Source: Squalus acanthias (lineage: Eukaryota). Taken from it: a stretch of DNA of 64,000 nucleotides. The notes under the pieces are model-generated. The model ran no database searches. It had not been told where the DNA came from and was given only the letters and a program-made list of their open reading frames with translations. The translations under genes and the position numbers were made by a program. Below are positions 61,510 to 64,000 of this stretch, piece by piece. How positions within the stretch are numbered: the stretch's first letter is position 1; each line of letters starts with the position of its first letter. Location: positions 45,634,001 to 45,698,000 of the forward strand of contig CM059432.1 of the NCBI GenBank assembly GCA_030390025.1, written 5' to 3'.

Positions 61510-63285
61510 CGGTGCTACATGCTAGTGAGTATAGGAATAGGAGGATAGAGCAGTTGAATGTGCGGCTAAAGAGTTGGTGCAGGAGGGAGGGCTTTAGTTT
61601 CCTGGATCACTGGGTCTGCTTCTGGGGAAGGTGGGACCTGTACAAGTCGGACGGGTTGCACCTGAACCGGAACAGGACCAACATCCTTGCAGGGAGGTTT
61701 GCTAGTACTGTTGGGGGGGTTTAAACTAACTTGGCAGGGGGATGGGATACAGAGTGGAGCTATAGTAGGGGTTGATGCACAGCCAAATATAGAGGGAAAA
61801 ACAAGGCAGCCTGGAAGGCAGAGCAAATGTGTAACGGCACAAGGGAGTATGACAAGGTTGGATGCATTTATTTTAATGCAAGGAGTCTTGCGAGTAAGCC
61901 AGATGAATTGAAGATGTTGATGAACACATGGAAGTATGATATTGTTGCTATCACAGAGACATGGTTGAGGGAGGGGCAGGACTGGCAGCTCAATATTCCG
62001 GGGTATAGAATCTTCAGGCGAGACAGAGGGGGTGTAAAAGAGGAGGGGGTGTCGCAATATTAATCAAGGAGTCAATTACTGCTGTAAGGAGGGATGATAT
62101 CTTAGCAGGTTCCTCTAATGAGGCCATATGGGTAGAACTTAAAAACAAAAAGGGGGCAAGCACTTTGCTGGGAGTGTACTATAGGCCCCCAAACAGTCAG
62201 GGGGAGATAGAGGAACAGATATGCAGGCAAATCTCAGAGAAGTGTAGAAATAATAGGGTAATAATAGTAGGGGATTTCAACTTCCTCAATATTAACTGGG
62301 ATAGTCAGAGTGTGAAAGGCTTAGAGGGTGCGGAGTTCTTAAAGTGCATCCAGGAGAGCTTTTTGAGCCAGCATGTAAAAAGTCCTACAAGAGAGGGGGC
62401 GGTACTGGATCTAATTCTAGGGAATGTAGCCGGGCAAGTGGCAGAATTGTCAGTAGGAGAGCATTTTGGTGACAGTGACCATAATTCAGTGAGATTTAAG
62501 GTAGTCATGCAAAAGGACAAAGATGGACCGGAAATAAAGGTTCTAAATTGGGGGAAGGCCGATTTTAATATGACAAGGCAGGATCTGGCCTCTGGCCAAA
62601 GTGGACTGGGATCAGCTACTTGTAGGAAAATCCACATCAGAGCAGTGGAGTCTTTCAGAAAGGAAATAGAGAGAGTACAATGCCAACATGTTCCTGTAAA
62701 GGTCAAGGGTGGGACCAACAAGCCCAGGGAACCCTGGATGTCAAGGGATATACAAGAATGGATTAGGAAAAAAAGGGAGGCTTTTGGCAGATACAAAGGA
62801 CTAAAAACAGTGGAAGCCCTAGAGGAGTATAGGAAGTGCAGGGGTGTACTTAAAAAAGAAATTTGGAGAGCGAAGAGGGGGCATGAAAATACACTGGCGG
62901 GCAAAATAAAGGAAAATCCCAAGGTGTTTTATAAGTATATTAAGGGCAAGAGGATAACCAGGGAAAGAGTAGAGCCCATTGGAGACCAAAGTGGCAATCT
63001 GTGTGTAGAGCCGGAAGATGTAGTTGAGGTTTTAAATGAATATTTTGCATCTGTGTTCACTATGGAGAAGGACGATGTAGGCATAGAAATCAGGCAGGGG
63101 GATTGTGATATACTTGAACAAATTAGTATTGAGAGAGAGGAGGTACTAACGGTTTTAGCGGGCTTAAAAGTGGATAAATCCCCAGGCCCAGACGAGATGT
63201 ATCCCAGGCTGCTGTATGAGGCAAGGGAGGAGATTGCAGGGGTTCTGACACAAATTTTCAGAACCTGTCTGGCCACAGGGGAGGT
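61510..63285 (+). mobile_element. CR1 LINE 5' region: ORF1 esterase C-terminus plus ORF2 AP endonuclease
   Basis: DLYKSDGLHLN (SGNH DxxH motif); NARSL, AITETWL, YRPP, GDFN, LDL and SDH endonuclease motifs. Confidence 0.9.
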
Positions 63286-63291
63286 CAAAAT

Positions 63292-64000
63292 TGAGAGGTC
63301 GCACAACACCAGGTTATAGTCCAACAGTTTTATTTTAAATCACAAGCTTTCGGAGTTACAACTCCTTCGTCGGGTGAAGTGAGGAGATACAGAATCGTCA
63401 AAGCATATATAGATAGAGAACAATGCATGTGTAACTTACAATTGCAGACAACTGAATTCAATCATCCTGACTGTTTATCTGCCGAGGTGTGATAAAGTTA
63501 ATCAGGTCAGCCAGGAAGGTACCACATCAAAGACATAGCAAGATACAACTGAGACAATGAGGTGGAGTCGCATGGGGTCTAACGTGTCAAAAGCTGCCGT
63601 CTGTATGTAAAACGATTAACTTTTAAAATTTTTACTTTTTTACTGGGAATCACATCTGTGAACAAGCCAACGACGACTCGAGTCCGGATCACGTCATGTA
63701 TCGTGACATAAACCCAAGATCCCGATTGAGACCGTCTTCATGAGTGCGGAACTTGGCTATCAGTTTCTGCTCGATGATTTTGCGTTGTCGTGTTTTCCTA
63801 AGGCCGCCTTGGAGAATGCTTACCCGCAGATCCGAGGCTGAATGTCCTTGACTGCTGAAGTGTTCCCCGACTGGGAGGTAACAATCCTGCCTGGCGATTG
63901 TTGCGCGGTGCTCGTTCATACGTTGTCTCAGTGTCTGCATGGTCTCGCCGATGTACCATGCCGCGGTGCATTCTTTCCTGCAACGTATTAGGTAGACAAC
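63292..64000 (-). mobile_element. Penelope-like element 3' end (GIY-YIG endonuclease C-terminus, pseudo-LTR), running off the window
   Basis: VVYLIRC...WYIGETMQTLRQRMNEHR...HF...E...GLN GIY-YIG motifs. Confidence 0.9.

Noticed and set aside
61419..61724. Host lipase/esterase gene
   Set aside because: It is the SGNH domain of CR1 ORF1, directly upstream of the ORF2 endonuclease.

Overview
Eukaryotic, repeat-dense, mostly intronic or intergenic DNA. It is most likely from a cartilaginous fish, based on an HE1-type V-SINE, SacSINE1/Deu-like SINE tails and HER1-like CR1 LINEs. By my coordinates roughly 40% is PIF/Harbinger DNA transposon: four two-gene elements (HARBI1-type DDE transposase convergent with a spliced Myb/SANT gene) plus about ten deleted copies and MITEs. 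One element (39713-44022) has both ORFs open, terminal inverted repeats (TIRs) and a TTA target-site duplication (TSD), and it is nested inside another Harbinger. The rest comprises nested CR1 and CR1-Zenon-like LINEs, an L2 fragment, SINEs, three 1.4-1.7 kb solo LTRs with 4-bp TSDs, and Penelope-like element ends carrying minimal hammerhead-ribozyme motifs. A few short minus-strand candidate exons suggest the window lies inside an unidentified host gene. There are no prokaryotic features. Family names come from motif recognition by eye, not database searches.
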